DNA of 64,000 nucleotides. It comes from Callorhinchus milii. Taxonomy: Eukaryota. Positions 38,201 to 49,826 of this stretch are shown here, piece by piece. A model generated the notes under the pieces. The model was not told where the DNA came from. It saw nothing but the letters and a program-made list of their open reading frames with translations, and ran no database searches. A program made the position numbers and the translations under genes. The stretch covers positions 105,650,001 to 105,714,000 of the forward strand of contig NW_024704743.1 of NCBI RefSeq assembly GCF_018977255.1. Reading direction: 5' to 3'. Position 1 is the stretch's first letter; the number at the start of each line of letters is the position of its first letter.

Positions 38201-38636
38201 GGTTAGATACAAGGAATTGAAGTTGATTTTATTGAAACATGGAAGGTATCTTGTCATTCAATATATCTAATAATGGATGGTATAGGCATGAGCAGATTAT
38301 TGATCTTAATGTGGGCGAGGAATTTGAATCAAAATTAAAAATATCACGTAAAACAAGAGATAAGATTATAAGAAATTATATATTCCCTAAGGAGAAATAG
38401 ATATTGGAAATAGATTCCTGGCTGTACAATTATCTGGTTAATGATGCGATCGAAGATCATAAGGATGGTCAAATGCTCCATTGAAACCATAATCCTTCTT
38501 GTTTTGCCATTAGATAGTTCAAGTGGAATGGTGCTGGCCAGATAGGAATACCACAGACCGCAATGCTGAATTAATAAGTGAGAAAATTCTTGGATTAATT
38601 TAAGGCTTGGAATCAGTTTCACAAAAGTACCTTTAA

Positions 38637-39388
38637 GTGTTAGTTTGGTTCATATGACAGTCGTCTCAATTTGCATCACGAGAGGTTATGGAGTCAAGTC
38701 CCATATTTGTCCTTGAGCTCAAAATCTAGGCTGCCACTCCAGCACACTCCTGAAATGCATGGCATTGTTGGAGGTAAAGCTTTGGATGAGTTGTTAACCT
38801 GAAGCCCTGTCTGCTATGCTCAGGTGACATCACACTAGTCACAAAAAACAAGGCAAGTTTCTCCTGCTGCCCTCACCAACAATTCTCCAAATAAATTAAT
38901 CATTAACCTCTTGGCTGTTTCTGGTATCTTGCTAATGCACAAGATGGCTGCTATATTTACCTACAAAAATCGCAATAATAATATTCCTCGCAATCGAAAG
39001 AGCCCCTTTCATATTGGGAGAACCATTCAAAGTGCTTCACGGATTTTACTGTAAACTATAGTGACTGTGTATTTTGTAGACAAATCCAAAAGCCAATTTG
39101 CATGCAGCGAATTCTCACAAATTGAATAATGAATTTTGTTTGGGGAATTGTTGACCAGGACATTGGCAGAAAGTTCCTTTGCTTTTGAATTAATGCCAAG
39201 GGATCTTTAATGTCCTGAACAGGCAGGTAAGACCTTAGTTTAACAGCATCTTCAACAATAGAGCCCACCCCACAGTACTGCATTGGAATGTCAGCACAGG
39301 GACTGAGTTTGAAGTGGCAACGTGGGGCTTAAACCCACAACTTTCTGAATCAGAGGCAAGAGCACTGCAAATTGAGCCAAGCTGACAC
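38637..39388. mobile_element. Tail-to-tail pair of old Deu-type SINEs (+ 38637-38970; - 38975-39388)
   Basis: Heads at both outer ends (GTGTTAGTTTGGTTCA... and reverse GTGTCAGCTTGGCTCAA...), with core blocks in opposite orientation. Confidence 0.65.
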
Positions 39389-40959
39389 AAACACTGTGTC
39401 ATAAACAATATTTTTATTATTCGGTATTGTGTGTGGGGGGTGAGGGGGTGGAGATGGAACTGTATTACATTGCATCACCAATTGTTGGTTACAAGAGACT
39501 AATCAAGAAAACACAACCTTGGTTGCTTTTGGGAAGGATTTGATTGGCACTTGACCCTAATACTAGACTAGGACCTTATTCATGAATCTCAGGCAATGCA
39601 ATTCCTGTATTAGAACAACACTATGTGTCACACAATAGCAGGAATATTAGATCAGTATGAAATATACTTAAAAAGGTTTCTTTGGATAGAGGTTAGATCC
39701 CATTAAGATTATCAGACATGTGCTGTTGTAATATTGCTAGTAAATTTACCTTAGTGCAGTGGTGCACAATGTGTACACTTATACGGATCCATATTGGCTT
39801 ATTAAGGTGCAAGTTTACATTCAGGATTGTACACTCATTTACCTGCAGATTCTATTTCCTCCCTATGGCATTAGCAGCCACTTGCTATTTTCATCAGAAC
39901 AACTTAAATTTAGATAGTGCATTTCAGGTAAAGGAAACGCCTCAAAGTGCTCCACAGAACAAAATTAAATAGAAATGAAAACAACGTTGCAATAGAGGTA
40001 AATGCGGGAGTTAATTGGCAGCAGTGCCATCCTCACAAACAATGATAAGCAGCCAATTGATTAGAATTTTGGGGATGAATTTGGATGAGAAGGGATTGTA
40101 AAACAAGGTATCCCGGAGAAATGTTCACTTTTGTTTAAAAAATTGCAGCAGGGAAGCCCCTTCATATCCCCCTGAGTGACAAATAATGTAGTCAAGAGCC
40201 AATTAAATTGTTTTATGAGCCCACATTCATCTCATCAAAGCTTGAATTGAATATATCTGTGTGTTGAAGTACAACCAATCCATCCTTTCATCTGCTTCCA
40301 TCCTTTCGCTCTTATCCCCCATTTGATCACATTTTCTCCCTTTTTCTCTTCATGACCTCTGCTTCTGTATCTCTTCTTTCACTCACTGCTTATTGCTTTC
40401 TAACACCTGTTTTTTTCATCTGTTGTGCCCTCTCGCTCTATGCCACAACTTGTTTTTCTCTCTTTTCCTACATTCTCACTAACCCCCTGTGTTATCCCCT
40501 TATCCCTTATCCCCTGTGTTTCCTCTCAATTAATTTGTCACCCCATTCCCTTTCTTTCCATTATTTATTTCTCTGTCTTTGACTCTGTGTAGAACTGAGC
40601 AGACTGGTGTTTTCATTATTAGTGCACACCTTGGTTAGCTGGTAGAAAATATCTACGTAAAGTGTTTATGTAGAATGCACAATGAAACCATCTTGTCTAT
40701 GCTAAAAGGACAATAGGTATTCATTGGAACCAATGACAGAAAGGAAATCGAAGGCAAAGGAGAAACAAAATACCATCTGCTGTTTCATTTCTCTCACACT
40801 TAGAGCACATCCATGTTAAACTACACCAGCAACCAGATTTCCTGCCTCATTTGTACTTCAAATACTTATTTTTCCTTGCAAATGAATATCACTTGAAAAT
40901 GAGCATCTTCCTTTCAAATGAGCAATATACAGATTTACGTAGACTGTACAGCAAGGAAA

Positions 40960-41262
40960 CAGTGTGTTGCATTGTCAGAGGTGCCATCCTTCGACGAAAC
41001 GTTAAACCAAGGTATTGTTTGCCTGTTAAAGATCCCATGGCACCATTCAAAAAGAGAAAGGAGCTTCTCCCAATGTCTTGGCCAATAATCCCTCAAATAA
41101 AACTGGTCATTCAATTCATGGCTGTTTGTGGGCATTGCTGGGCTGAGCACAAATTGGCAGCCAGGTTCGCCCACAAAGACACAGTCACTCCATTTCACAG
41201 TAAATCTCATGAAGCGCTTCGGACTGTCCTCCTAATGTGAAAGACACTATATCAAATGCACT
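40960..41262 (+). mobile_element. Deu-type SINE, head-truncated
   Basis: GCATTGTCAGAGGTGCCATCCTT...GTTAAAGATCCCATGGCACC core plus the shared tail. Confidence 0.75.
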
Positions 41263-41269
41263 ATATCAC

Positions 41270-41460
41270 ATGAATCCACTCATTCCTTACTCCCTCTCAT
41301 ACCCTTCTATTGCCTGCCCCCACCCCCCACCCCCAGTGTGTATATTGTGCTTCCTCTTAAATGCATCTATACTATCTATTTCGACCACTTCTTTGGACAG
41401 AGCCTTCCACATTCTCACCACCCTCCACGTGAAGAAGTTTCTCCTAAATTCTCTTTTAGA
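41270..41460 (-). mobile_element. CR1 3' fragment
   Basis: RRNFFTWRVVRMWKAL...IDSIDAFKR motif. Confidence 0.75.
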
Positions 41461-43512
41461 TCCCTTATGTCCCACTTTATTGCCTTTGGCCATTTTATAA
41501 AAAAAAGGCTATCAATAAAATATCAAAAGTTTTGGCATGTTGATGATTGTCTTATTTGTGTCATTCAGTGTCATTTGTATCATTGCATGATACAACACTT
41601 AGGAATATTAGAATATTGGAAAACTGGAAGCTGCTCAGCTTGTTAAACTTGTTCCACCATCATATTAAATGCCGGCAGATCATTTAATCTGATTTCCTTT
41701 CCTTTTCTCCATTACCCTTGACACCCTCTAAACATCTCAATTGATTATATCTCTGCACTCTTCTTGGGCAGTGCACTATGCAGTTTCACAACCCTCTTGT
41801 TACATTAAAGCTTTGCACTAGTCAAAACTGCTTACAACACAGTGAAATTGTTACAGTCATAATCAACAGGATAATCGCAGAAATAATGATCACACTCTTA
41901 TATATGTTTTATACACAATGTCCTTTATGCACAATGTAGAAACATGTTACCTTTAAGCAAAAATCAGCCCAATGGAGTTTACTGTGGAACTTGTTGTGCT
42001 GCTTGATCTCAAGTGGATGGGTGTTCTGGTAAAATGATAGAAAGAACCTCAAGAGTCTGGATTAACACAAGGACTTCACTATTTTATATCCATTCACTTT
42101 GCTATAGTTAGGGTGCAGAAGACATCGGTTCAGCAGAGAAAGACATCAACAAGCAAATACAGCAACTGTGCCAATAGTTTCCAATTCATGCTGTTGCTGG
42201 CAACGGCAGAAACTGAAATATCCTCTAGAAAGTGCCTGCAAGGACAATGATTTCTTTTAAATATTACATATTTATTAATAATCATCATCATCATAATAAT
42301 AATCTCTGGTTTTGATACAGCACCTTATCATATCGTCAAGACATCTCGAAGCACTTCACAGGAATTACTGTCTAACGTAGGGACAGTATATTTTGCAGAC
42401 AAAGGCAGCAGTCAATTTGCCTATATCAATCTCTCGCACATCCTTCGAACGTAAAAGGTGCTATATAAATATTGTTGTCACAAAAACAGCCATGAAGTGA
42501 ATGACCAATTTATTTGCATATCTATATATTTGCACACATGTGTTTCTTTTACCAACATTCTTGTTGAACGCGCACATTAACTTAGGCAAGTACAACTCAG
42601 TGACTGTCTAGGAAATGGAAGGAGAAAGGTTTTATAGCTGGGTTCACACAGAACAAGAATGGCTGCAATCAGTGCTTACTCAATGCAGAACTAATTCTGA
42701 ATTGGCAAACATGGCCTTTTATCAGATTTGCATATGAGGGTAATATCACCTAGACATATTTAATGGAAAAGGAAAATAAACAGGTGCAAGTGAATTGCCT
42801 GTCAGCACAAATCAAAGAAAAGTCAACTCCTGCGATATTAGGACTCTATCCGATTGCGACTCATTAACAGTCTGTTCACCTTCAAAATACGCAGTCACTA
42901 CACTTCCCAGTAGAAATCAATCCCAAGATGCTCTTTCAGATGTCTCGACCATGAAATAAGGTGTCATATCAAATGCAAAGATTCCTCGTAACAATACTTG
43001 CATTTGATAAAGCGCCTTAACACATCATTGAAAGGACCCGAACCGCTTCACAGAATACACCGTAAAGTGAATTTGACGGTGGGTGAAACGAGGCGGCCGA
43101 CGGTGCACGCAGCAGTGACCCGCAAACCCGCACGTTATGATCACTGCGATTTTTTTTCTTCGAGGGGATCATTAACTCTGGGAATGCGATCCGCCAATCA
43201 ACTGACCACTGGGCTTCTGATTTGTATCAAATGGCCATAAAACCTCATAAAGGTTGGGGAGTTGAACATTGGGAGGAGGACCAGTCAGTCCATAGATGAG
43301 TGTGGTGCGTGGTTGTTGATGATAACCGTTGTGATCGCGATTAAGGTCTCTCTTCTGTCTCTTCCTCTTCTCTTGGTAACACGTTGGCTCTCTCTCTCTC
43401 CCTCTCTCCCTCTCTCTCTCTCTCACTGCGAGTCCCCTCGGCATTAATAACGATCAAGGATCAAAAAGGGCTGCTAAGCAACCGCACGACCGCAACATCG
43501 CACGTGTACCCA

Positions 43513-43548
<36 letters not shown>

Positions 43549-43689
43549 TGATGGGAGATTTTTTTGGAGACCCAATTAAACAGCGGCCGCCTGTCAGAGG
43601 CGCTGAGCATTGCTGTGGTTGAGATGTCCATTTCTGCTTCCAAAAATGAATAGCAATTAATCCCACAAACCGCTTTAAACTCCAGTTAA

Positions 43690-43729
<40 letters not shown>

Positions 43730-43959
43730 GTGATGCAAATGCATCTCCTCGGCGCTTGTTGGATTAATCATTGTAATAGTTTAACCATGATTTGATTGCA
43801 CTGTATATATATATATATATACTATATATGTTGATAAACTATTGACTGATCGCACAGCTGTTGCAATATTGACATATACCTTTAGCTCCAAATGGATGAA
43901 CCCGCGCCTGCAGCCGCCTGGGCTTCCCATGGCTTTACCGGGTACATACAGGAGGTTTG

Positions 43960-44036
43960 GTTGAGGTTGGGGTTGGGGTTGGGGTTGAGGTTGAGGTTGG
44001 GGTGGGGTGGGGGGGGTGGGGGGGTGGGGGGGGGGT
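43960..44036 (+). repeat. (GGGGTT/GAGGTT)n and G-run tract, G-quadruplex-capable
   Basis: More than four G3+ runs with short loops. Confidence 0.85.
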
Positions 44037-44139
44037 AAAAATAAAATAAAAGACTTTTATGTGATGCTGATCGAGCCGATCGCTGGTAAAATTGCAAAGA
44101 AGGGAGGGAGGGAGAGGGAGAGGGAGAGGGAGAGGGATA

Positions 44140-44465
44140 CTCACTCACTCACCTTCACTCACTCACTCACTCACTCACACACACTCACTCACTCACTCAC
44201 TCACTCACACACACTCACTCACTCACTCACTCACTCACACACACTCACTCACTCACTCTCTCACACACACACACACTCACTCTCACTCACTCTCACACAC
44301 ACACAGTCACTCACTCTCTCACACACACACTCACTCACTCTCTCACACACACTCACTCACTCTCTCACACACACACACACAGTCACTCACTCTCTCACAC
44401 ACACACACTCACTCTCACTCACTCTCACACACCCTCACTCACTCTCTCTCACACACACTCACTCA

Positions 44466-44502
<37 letters not shown>

Positions 44503-44583
44503 TCACTCTCTCACACACATCCTCACTCACTCACTCTCTCACACACATCCTCACTCACTCTCTCTCTCACACACACTCACTCA

Positions 44584-44628
<45 letters not shown>

Positions 44629-44759
44629 TCACTCTCTCACACACACACTCACTCACTCCCTCTCACACACACACACATACTCACTCACTCTCTCTCACAC
44701 ACACTCACTCTCACTCACTCTCACACACACCCTCACTCACTCTCTCTCACACACACACA

Positions 44760-44800
<41 letters not shown>

Positions 44801-44906
44801 TCACTCTCTCACACACACTCATTCACTCTCTCTCACACACACACACTTACTCACTCACTCTCTCTCACACACACTCACTCACTCTCTCTCTCACACACAC
44901 ACACAC
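44140..44906 (+). repeat. Compound (CACT)n/(CA)n/(CT)n microsatellite
   Basis: Direct inspection. Confidence 0.97.
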
Positions 44907-45395
44907 AGCTACGCCGTCTTTATTTATTTGGATATGGCCATCCCACAGATCTCAGCCATCTCCCCCCTTCAGTTTCTGGAAGAATGCATCATTGCCGGAT
45001 GATCCGCCTTTTCGCTGGTACGATCTTAAAAAAGGGGGGGAAAAAAAAGAAAGCCTATCTGCGAGGAGCCCTGGAATAATTATCACTGACAAGAGAGGAT
45101 ACGGAAAATTCGGTTTGCTTTAAAGAGATCTGGTAGACTGAGTACTTTCGACAGCTCCATAAATCACGCCAGAGGTGAGTTACAGAACATTTTCCTCCCC
45201 GTTTAAGGACCTTTCTTTTTTTTTTGACGGTGTGTGTGTGGGGGGGTGGGGGGGGAGGTGGGGGTGTGGGGGGGGAGGTGGGGGTGTGGGGGGTGTGGGG
45301 GTAGTTCTGACTTCCGTTGATATTCAATGGTGATGAGTGTATGTTATTTTTTTTTAAAAATACAATAAAATAAGAATGAGTCATTGCCTTCGGGG

Positions 45396-45429
45396 TCTCT
45401 CTCTCTCTATCTCTCTATCTCTCTATCTC

Positions 45430-45520
<91 letters not shown>

Positions 45521-45530
45521 CTCTCTTTCT
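45396..45530 (+). repeat. (TATC)n microsatellite
   Basis: Direct inspection. Confidence 0.97.
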
Positions 45531-45659
45531 ATCCCTCTATGTATGTAATAGAGGGTAATCCCCCTTTTCCTATGGAAGCTGAAATATTGGAAACGTCGCT
45601 TGGATGATGTGTGTGAGTTGCACCACCCGGACAGGGAGTGTGTGAGCCTCCCATTGCCC

Positions 45660-46643
45660 GTGTGTGTGTGATGTGTGTATGTGGTGTGTGATGTGTGTGT
45701 GTGGTGTGTAGTGTGTGATGTGTGTATGTGGTGTGTAGTGTGTGATGTGTGTATGTGGTGTGTGATGTGTGTGTGGTGTGTGATGTGTGTATGTGGTGTG
45801 TAGTGTGTGATGTGTGTATGTGGTGTGTAGTGTGTGATGTGTGTGTGTGGTGTGTGATGTGTGTGTGGTGTGTGATGTGTGTATGTGGTGTGTAGTGTGT
45901 GATGTGTGTATGTGGTGTGTAGTGTGTGATGTGTGTATGTGGTGTGTGATGTGTGTATGTGGTGTGTGATGTGTGTGTAGTGTGTGATGTGTGTATGTGG
46001 TGTGTAGTGTGTGATGTGTGTATATGGTGTGTGATGTGTGTATGTGGTGTGTGATGTGTGATGTGTGTATGTGGTGTGTAGTGCGTGATGTGTGTATGTG
46101 GTGTGTGATGTGTGTATGTGGTGTGTAGTGTGTGATGTGTGTATGTGGTGTGTAGTGTGTGATGTGTGTATGTGGTGTGTGATGTGTGTGTGGTGTGTGA
46201 TGTGTGTGTGTGGTGTGTAGTGTGTGATGTGTGTATGTGGTGTGTGATGTGTATGTGGTGTGTGATGTGTGTGTGTGGTGTGTAGTGTGTGATGTGTGTG
46301 TGTGGTGTGTAGTGTGTGATGTGTGTATGTGGTGTGTGATGTGTGTGTGGTGTGTGATGTGTGTGTGTGGTGTGTAGTGTGTGATGTGTGTGTGTGGTGT
46401 GTAGTGTGTGATGTGTGTATGTGGTGTGTGATGTGTGTGTGGTGTGTGATGTGTGTGTGGTGTGTGATGTGTGTGTGGTGTGTGATGTGTGTATGTGGTG
46501 TGTAGTGTGTGATGTGTGTATGTGGTGTGTAGTGTGTGATGTGTGTATGTGGTGTGTAGTGTGTGATGTGTGTATGTGGTGTGTAGTGTGTGATGTGTGT
46601 GTGTGGTGTGTGGTGTGTGATGTGTGTATGTGGTGTGTGTGTG
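45660..46643 (+). repeat. Compound TG-rich tandem repeat (GTGTGTGATGTGTGTATGTG / GTGTGTA units)
   Basis: Direct inspection. Confidence 0.97.
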
Positions 46644-46974
46644 TAACTGTGCGCTTTATTTATTGAGGTGATCAGAAGGGCGCAAACACAGAGGGTGCAA
46701 ATGAATGGCAGGTCATGAAGCAAAGCTCCCCACAGCCCCGCAGTGGGGGGTTTGGGGGGCGCTTCCTCTGTGTAACTAGGAAGCCCCTGATAACTAACTC
46801 GGGCGAATTAAAGGAAGTGACGTGAAGGTTATTTATGTATCAGGTCTATTTTTTGCCGAAGGAAACATCGGATCGCTCGTACATATAGAACTATTTTGCC
46901 ACCGCAACACCCTGGAGCATCGGTCTGCACAGAGACATCCATTTTCATGGTTCCCGTGTCCTCCCGACCCGTGT

Positions 46975-48507
46975 TGTTGTGTGTGTGTGTGTGTGTGCTG
47001 TGCAGTGCTGTGTGTGTGTATGTGTGTGCTGTGTGTGCAGTGCAGTGCTGTGTGTGTGTGCTGTGCAGTGCTGTGTGTGTGCTGTGCAGTGCTGTGTGTG
47101 CTGTGCAGTGCTGTGCTGTGTGTGCTGTGCTGTGCTGTGTGTGTGCTGTGCAGTGCTGTGTGTGTGCTGTGCTGTGTGTGTGTGCTGTGCAGTGCTGTGT
47201 GTGTGCTGTGTGTGCTGTGCTGTGTGTGTGTGCTGTGCAGTGCTGTGTGTGTGTGCTGTGTGTGCTGTGCAGTGCTGTGTGTGTGCTGTGCAGTGCTGTG
47301 TGTGCAGTGCTGTGTGTGTGCTGTGTGTGCTGTGCTGTGCAGTGCTGTGTGTGTGCTGTGCAGTGCTGTGTGTGTGTGCTGTGCTGTGCTGTGCTGTGTG
47401 TGCTGTGCTGTGTGTGCTGTGCAGTGCTGTGTGTGCTGTGCTGTGCAGTGCTGTGTGTGCTGTGCAGTGCTGTGTGTGTGCTGTGCTGTGTGTGTGTGCT
47501 GTGCAGTGCTGTGTGTGTGCTGTGTGTGCTGTGCTGTGTGTGTGTGCTGTGCAGTGCTGTGTGTGTGTGCTGTGTGTGCTGTGCAGTGCTGTGTGTGTGC
47601 TGTGCAGTGCTGTGTGTGCAGTGCTGTGTGTGCAGTGCTGTGTGTGCTGTGCTGTGCAGTGCTGTGTGTGTGCTGTGCTGTGTGTGTGTGCTGTGCAGTG
47701 CTGTGTGTGTGCTGTGCAGTGCTGTGTGTGTGTGTGTGCTGTGCAGTGCTGTGTGTGTGCTGTGCTGTGCAGTGCTGTGTGTGTGTGTGTGCTGTGCAGT
47801 GCTGTGTGTGTGCTGTGCAGTGCTGTGTGTGTGCTGTGCAGTGCTGTGTGTGTGCTGTTCAGTGCTGTGTGTGTGTGTGCAGTGCTGTGTGTGTGTGTGT
47901 GCTGTGTGTGTGTGCAGTGCTGTGTGTGTGTGCTGTGCAGTGCTGTGTGTGTGCTGTGCAGTGCTGTGTGTGTGCTGTGTGTGTGCTGTGCAGTGCTGTG
48001 TGTGTGCTGTGCAGTGCTGTGTGTGTGCTGTGCAGTGCTGTGTGTGTGCTGTGCAGTGCTGTGTGTGTGCTGTGCAGTGCTGTGTGTGTACTGTGCAGTG
48101 CTGTGTGTGTGTGCTGTGCAGTGCTGTGTGTGTGCTGTGCAGTGCTGTGTGTGTGCTGTGCAGTGCTGTGTGTGTACTGTGCAGTGCTGTGTGTGTGCTG
48201 TGCAGTGCTGTGTGTGTGCTGTGCAGTGCTGTGTGTGTGTGCTGTGCAGTGCTGTGTGTGTGTGCTGTGCAGTGCTGTGTGTGTGCTGTGCAGTGCTGTG
48301 TGTGTACTGTGCAGTGCTGTGTGTGTGTGCTGTGCAGTGCTGTGTGTGTGCTGTGCAGTGCTGTGTGTGTGCTGTGCAGTGCTGTGTGTGTACTGTTGCA
48401 GTGCTGTGTGTGTGTGCTGTGCAGTGCTGTGTGTGTGCTGTGCAGTGCTGTGTGTGTGCTGTGCAGTGCTGTGTGTGTGCTGTGCAGTGCTGTGTGTGTG
48501 TGTGTGT
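46975..48507 (+). repeat. Compound (GTGCTGTGCAGTGCTGTGTGT)n-type tandem repeat
   Basis: Direct inspection. Source of the 500-600 aa Cys/Val ORFs. Confidence 0.97.
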
Positions 48508-48678
48508 GGACCAGTTGCTCAGCATCACAGCGCTGTTTCAGGTTCGACGGGGCTTTCTGTGATTATTTCGCCAGTGGCTGGTTATCGTTTCGCAGAACCG
48601 ATCGAAAATGTTTCAGCGAAATTAAAAAATAAATAAATTAACAAATGAATAAATAAATGACGGAGATCCTCCTGCGGA

Positions 48679-48720
<42 letters not shown>

Positions 48721-48930
48721 GGAGGAGATGTCATGTGTTGTGTGTGTGCTGCTGACTCTTCTGGGGATGAAGCTTATTTGCAGAAAATGGCAGGGGATCG
48801 GGGCTATATCGTGGCTCCTGTCACATCTCAGTTGTTTTGTGAAAATTTATATTTATATAAAAACACCGTTAGAATGAGTTTCATCCTCTCCTATATCTAT
48901 ATCTATATATATATATATTATGTGTGCGTT

Positions 48931-48964
<34 letters not shown>

Positions 48965-49524
48965 GGAAGACAAACAGTTCAAATAGTCCAGTGATTTGGG
49001 CTATTCTAATATCTACAAATACAAATCCGAATGAATTTACGAATGTGTCGATGTTTGAAGGAGCCCTCAGTTGGGCAGCGCTTTGGAACATTTAATAATG
49101 AATAACCCTCTGCTTCCCAGTCCCAAAATAGACCGCTCTTCGATTTGCTTTATTTGCACAGTCTTTGCTTTTCCGGCGGCTTCTTTGCGCCTTATATTTA
49201 TTCAGTTCAGGGGGTGTGGGTGTGGGTGGTGTGAATTTACCGTATCTTCGTTTCCGATCTAATGTGCACTTCATTACTTTTACACACTGTGTATTTATTT
49301 ATTTTTTACACACGCACACACGCGCGCGTGTGGGTGGGTGGGTGCGGGTGTGGGTGGGGGGGTGGGTGGGTGGGGAGGGAATAAAATGAATCTCTGCACG
49401 ATACGACTTGGAGGAGGAAAGACCTGTGGGAAAAGAGGGAGTTGTGGTATAGGGATTTGGGGGGAAATTGTCAAATGGCTAAAGGTGCCGCTGTCTGCGT
49501 GTATCTGAGTGCAGCTTTAATCGC

Positions 49525-49826
49525 GTGTCTGTGTGTGTGTGTGTGTGTCTGTGTGTGTGTCTGTGTGTGTGTCTGTGTGTGTGTGTCTGTGTGTGTGTGT
49601 CTGTGTGTGTGTGTCTGTGTGCAATTAGGTTTTACACTTGTATTAAAGGTGTACCGTGAGGATGCGGTAAAACTTGGTGTTTGTAAAGAGCGATCAATGA
49701 CTGGCGACAGGTCAGTGTGTGTGAAATAACAGCCCATTGATGTCTGAGTGTGTGTGTGTGTGTGTGTGTGAGTGTCACCCACTCACTCACTCACTCACTC
49801 ACTCACTCACTCACTCACTCACTCAC
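49525..49826 (+). repeat. (TG)n/(TCTGTG)n and (CACT)n microsatellites
   Basis: 49525-49621, 49748-49770 and 49780-49826. Confidence 0.9.

Noticed and set aside
38344..38622. Minus-strand 92-aa ORF with an internal acceptor-like site
   Set aside because: No recognisable homology, and the length is within chance expectation.
43966..43990. Telomere-like (TTGGGG)n
   Set aside because: Only a few units and not the vertebrate TTAGGG; treated as a G-rich simple repeat.
45620..45637. REST/RE1-like GCACC-nnnn-GGACAG
   Set aside because: Non-canonical spacer and poor flanking matches.
44007..48636. Long ORFs of 331-604 aa (His/Thr/Ser/Leu- or Cys/Val-rich)
   Set aside because: They are translations of stop-free microsatellites, open in several frames on both strands.
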